A stretch of 64,000 nucleotides of DNA, from NCBI RefSeq assembly GCF_006345805.1, contig NC_043008.1, forward strand, positions 63,488,001 through 63,552,000, given 5' to 3'. Made by a program: the position numbers and the translations under genes. Positions 63,174 through 64,000 of this stretch are shown piece by piece; within the stretch, counting starts at the first letter, position 1, and the number at the start of each line of letters is the position of its first letter. A model generated the notes under the pieces. The model had not been told where the DNA came from, searched no databases, and saw only the letters and a program-made list of their open reading frames with translations. The DNA comes from Octopus sinensis (taxonomy: Eukaryota).

Positions 63174-63305
63174 CATTTGCATATATTTACATCTCTTATT
63201 TTACTAATGGTGCTTTGTTTCGTTCCTGTCCAAAACACATAACTCGACTTCTTCCACTTTGCTTCACTGACTTCAAACCATTCCAAAGCCAAATTTTCAT
63301 TCTTG
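63174..63305 (-). CDS. Possible internal exon of an unidentified gene (132 nt, phase 2-2)
   Basis: Acceptor tttattttag, donor TG|gtgaga, open frame KNENLALEWFEVSEAKWKKSSYVFWTGTKQSTISKIRDVNICK; no homology recognised. Confidence 0.2.
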
Positions 63306-64000
63306 CTAAAATAAAGTTCCAATCAAGTATTGGTAATAAGTCAATAACCTATATGCTCTTCTAAATTTCCGGTGTTCTTTCAGTGTTTAGCAACAAATTG
63401 TTCTTTAGCTCCTTTTAAGAAAAGATGAAAGTTACCAATGACTAGCACACCAACTTACTATTACATGTGTCGCAAAATAGTGTGTGGGTTTATTCTTTTG
63501 ATTTAACTGCCCAGATGACCAACAAAAATATACTATTATGCTTCATTTCTATCTCCACCAAAATAAATCTTTTTCTACCCATTAATATTTGCAAGCTGCT
63601 GTGTTAGAAATCTTTAAAGTAAAACTAACACTAGTTAGTGAGAATTTCAATGAATTTTAGTGAAAAATTATACATCATACAACAATATAACAAATATTTC
63701 TACACACTCTAATCAAAAAGAAAATTGAAAACACTGTTTTCATTATTTTTAACACTTTTCAAATTCACAATTTTGCTCTTCTAAGTGTATACATTTACAA
63801 TCCTATAGCATGTTAAAACAGATGCTATAATATTTCCTCTCCTTATTGATAATATAATACCATTCTATTTAGTAAATTGTTGATCCCTCTGGCATTGAAT
63901 TTCTCAAATTTTAAAATGAATAAACATTCAATAACATTTTCAGCTTTTTCACAATTACTAAACTGTTTTCTTTCTAAATAATGTTGCGATGATCATCTGA

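Overview
AT-rich, repeat-saturated animal genomic DNA, most likely intronic or intergenic. The SINE families and dense (TA)n/(CA)n/(GAT)n/(AAT)n microsatellites resemble those of Octopus (inference from pattern recognition, not a search). I find no complete or recognisable host gene; nearly all ORFs in the track are microsatellite or SINE translations. Protein-like ORFs belong to decayed transposons: RTE, CR1/L2-group, Tx1/L1 and R4/Dong-like LINE fragments and two mariner-superfamily remnants. There are also six or so short retroposon families (labelled A-F here), Tc1/mariner, pogo-like and piggyBac MITEs, and three non-autonomous Helitrons, often nested. Two things stand out. (1) Several short elements, mostly embedded in (TA)n, carry minimal type I hammerhead-ribozyme-like folds; the best is at 23450-23503 on the minus strand, and one sits in the tail of a tRNA-headed SINE. 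(2) Perfect or near-perfect fold-back palindromes recur at retroelement ends (71, 64 and 36 bp arms), alongside longer imperfect hairpins. A few short splice-site-bounded open frames may be exons of an unidentified gene, but they are weak. Boundaries of degenerate repeats are approximate.
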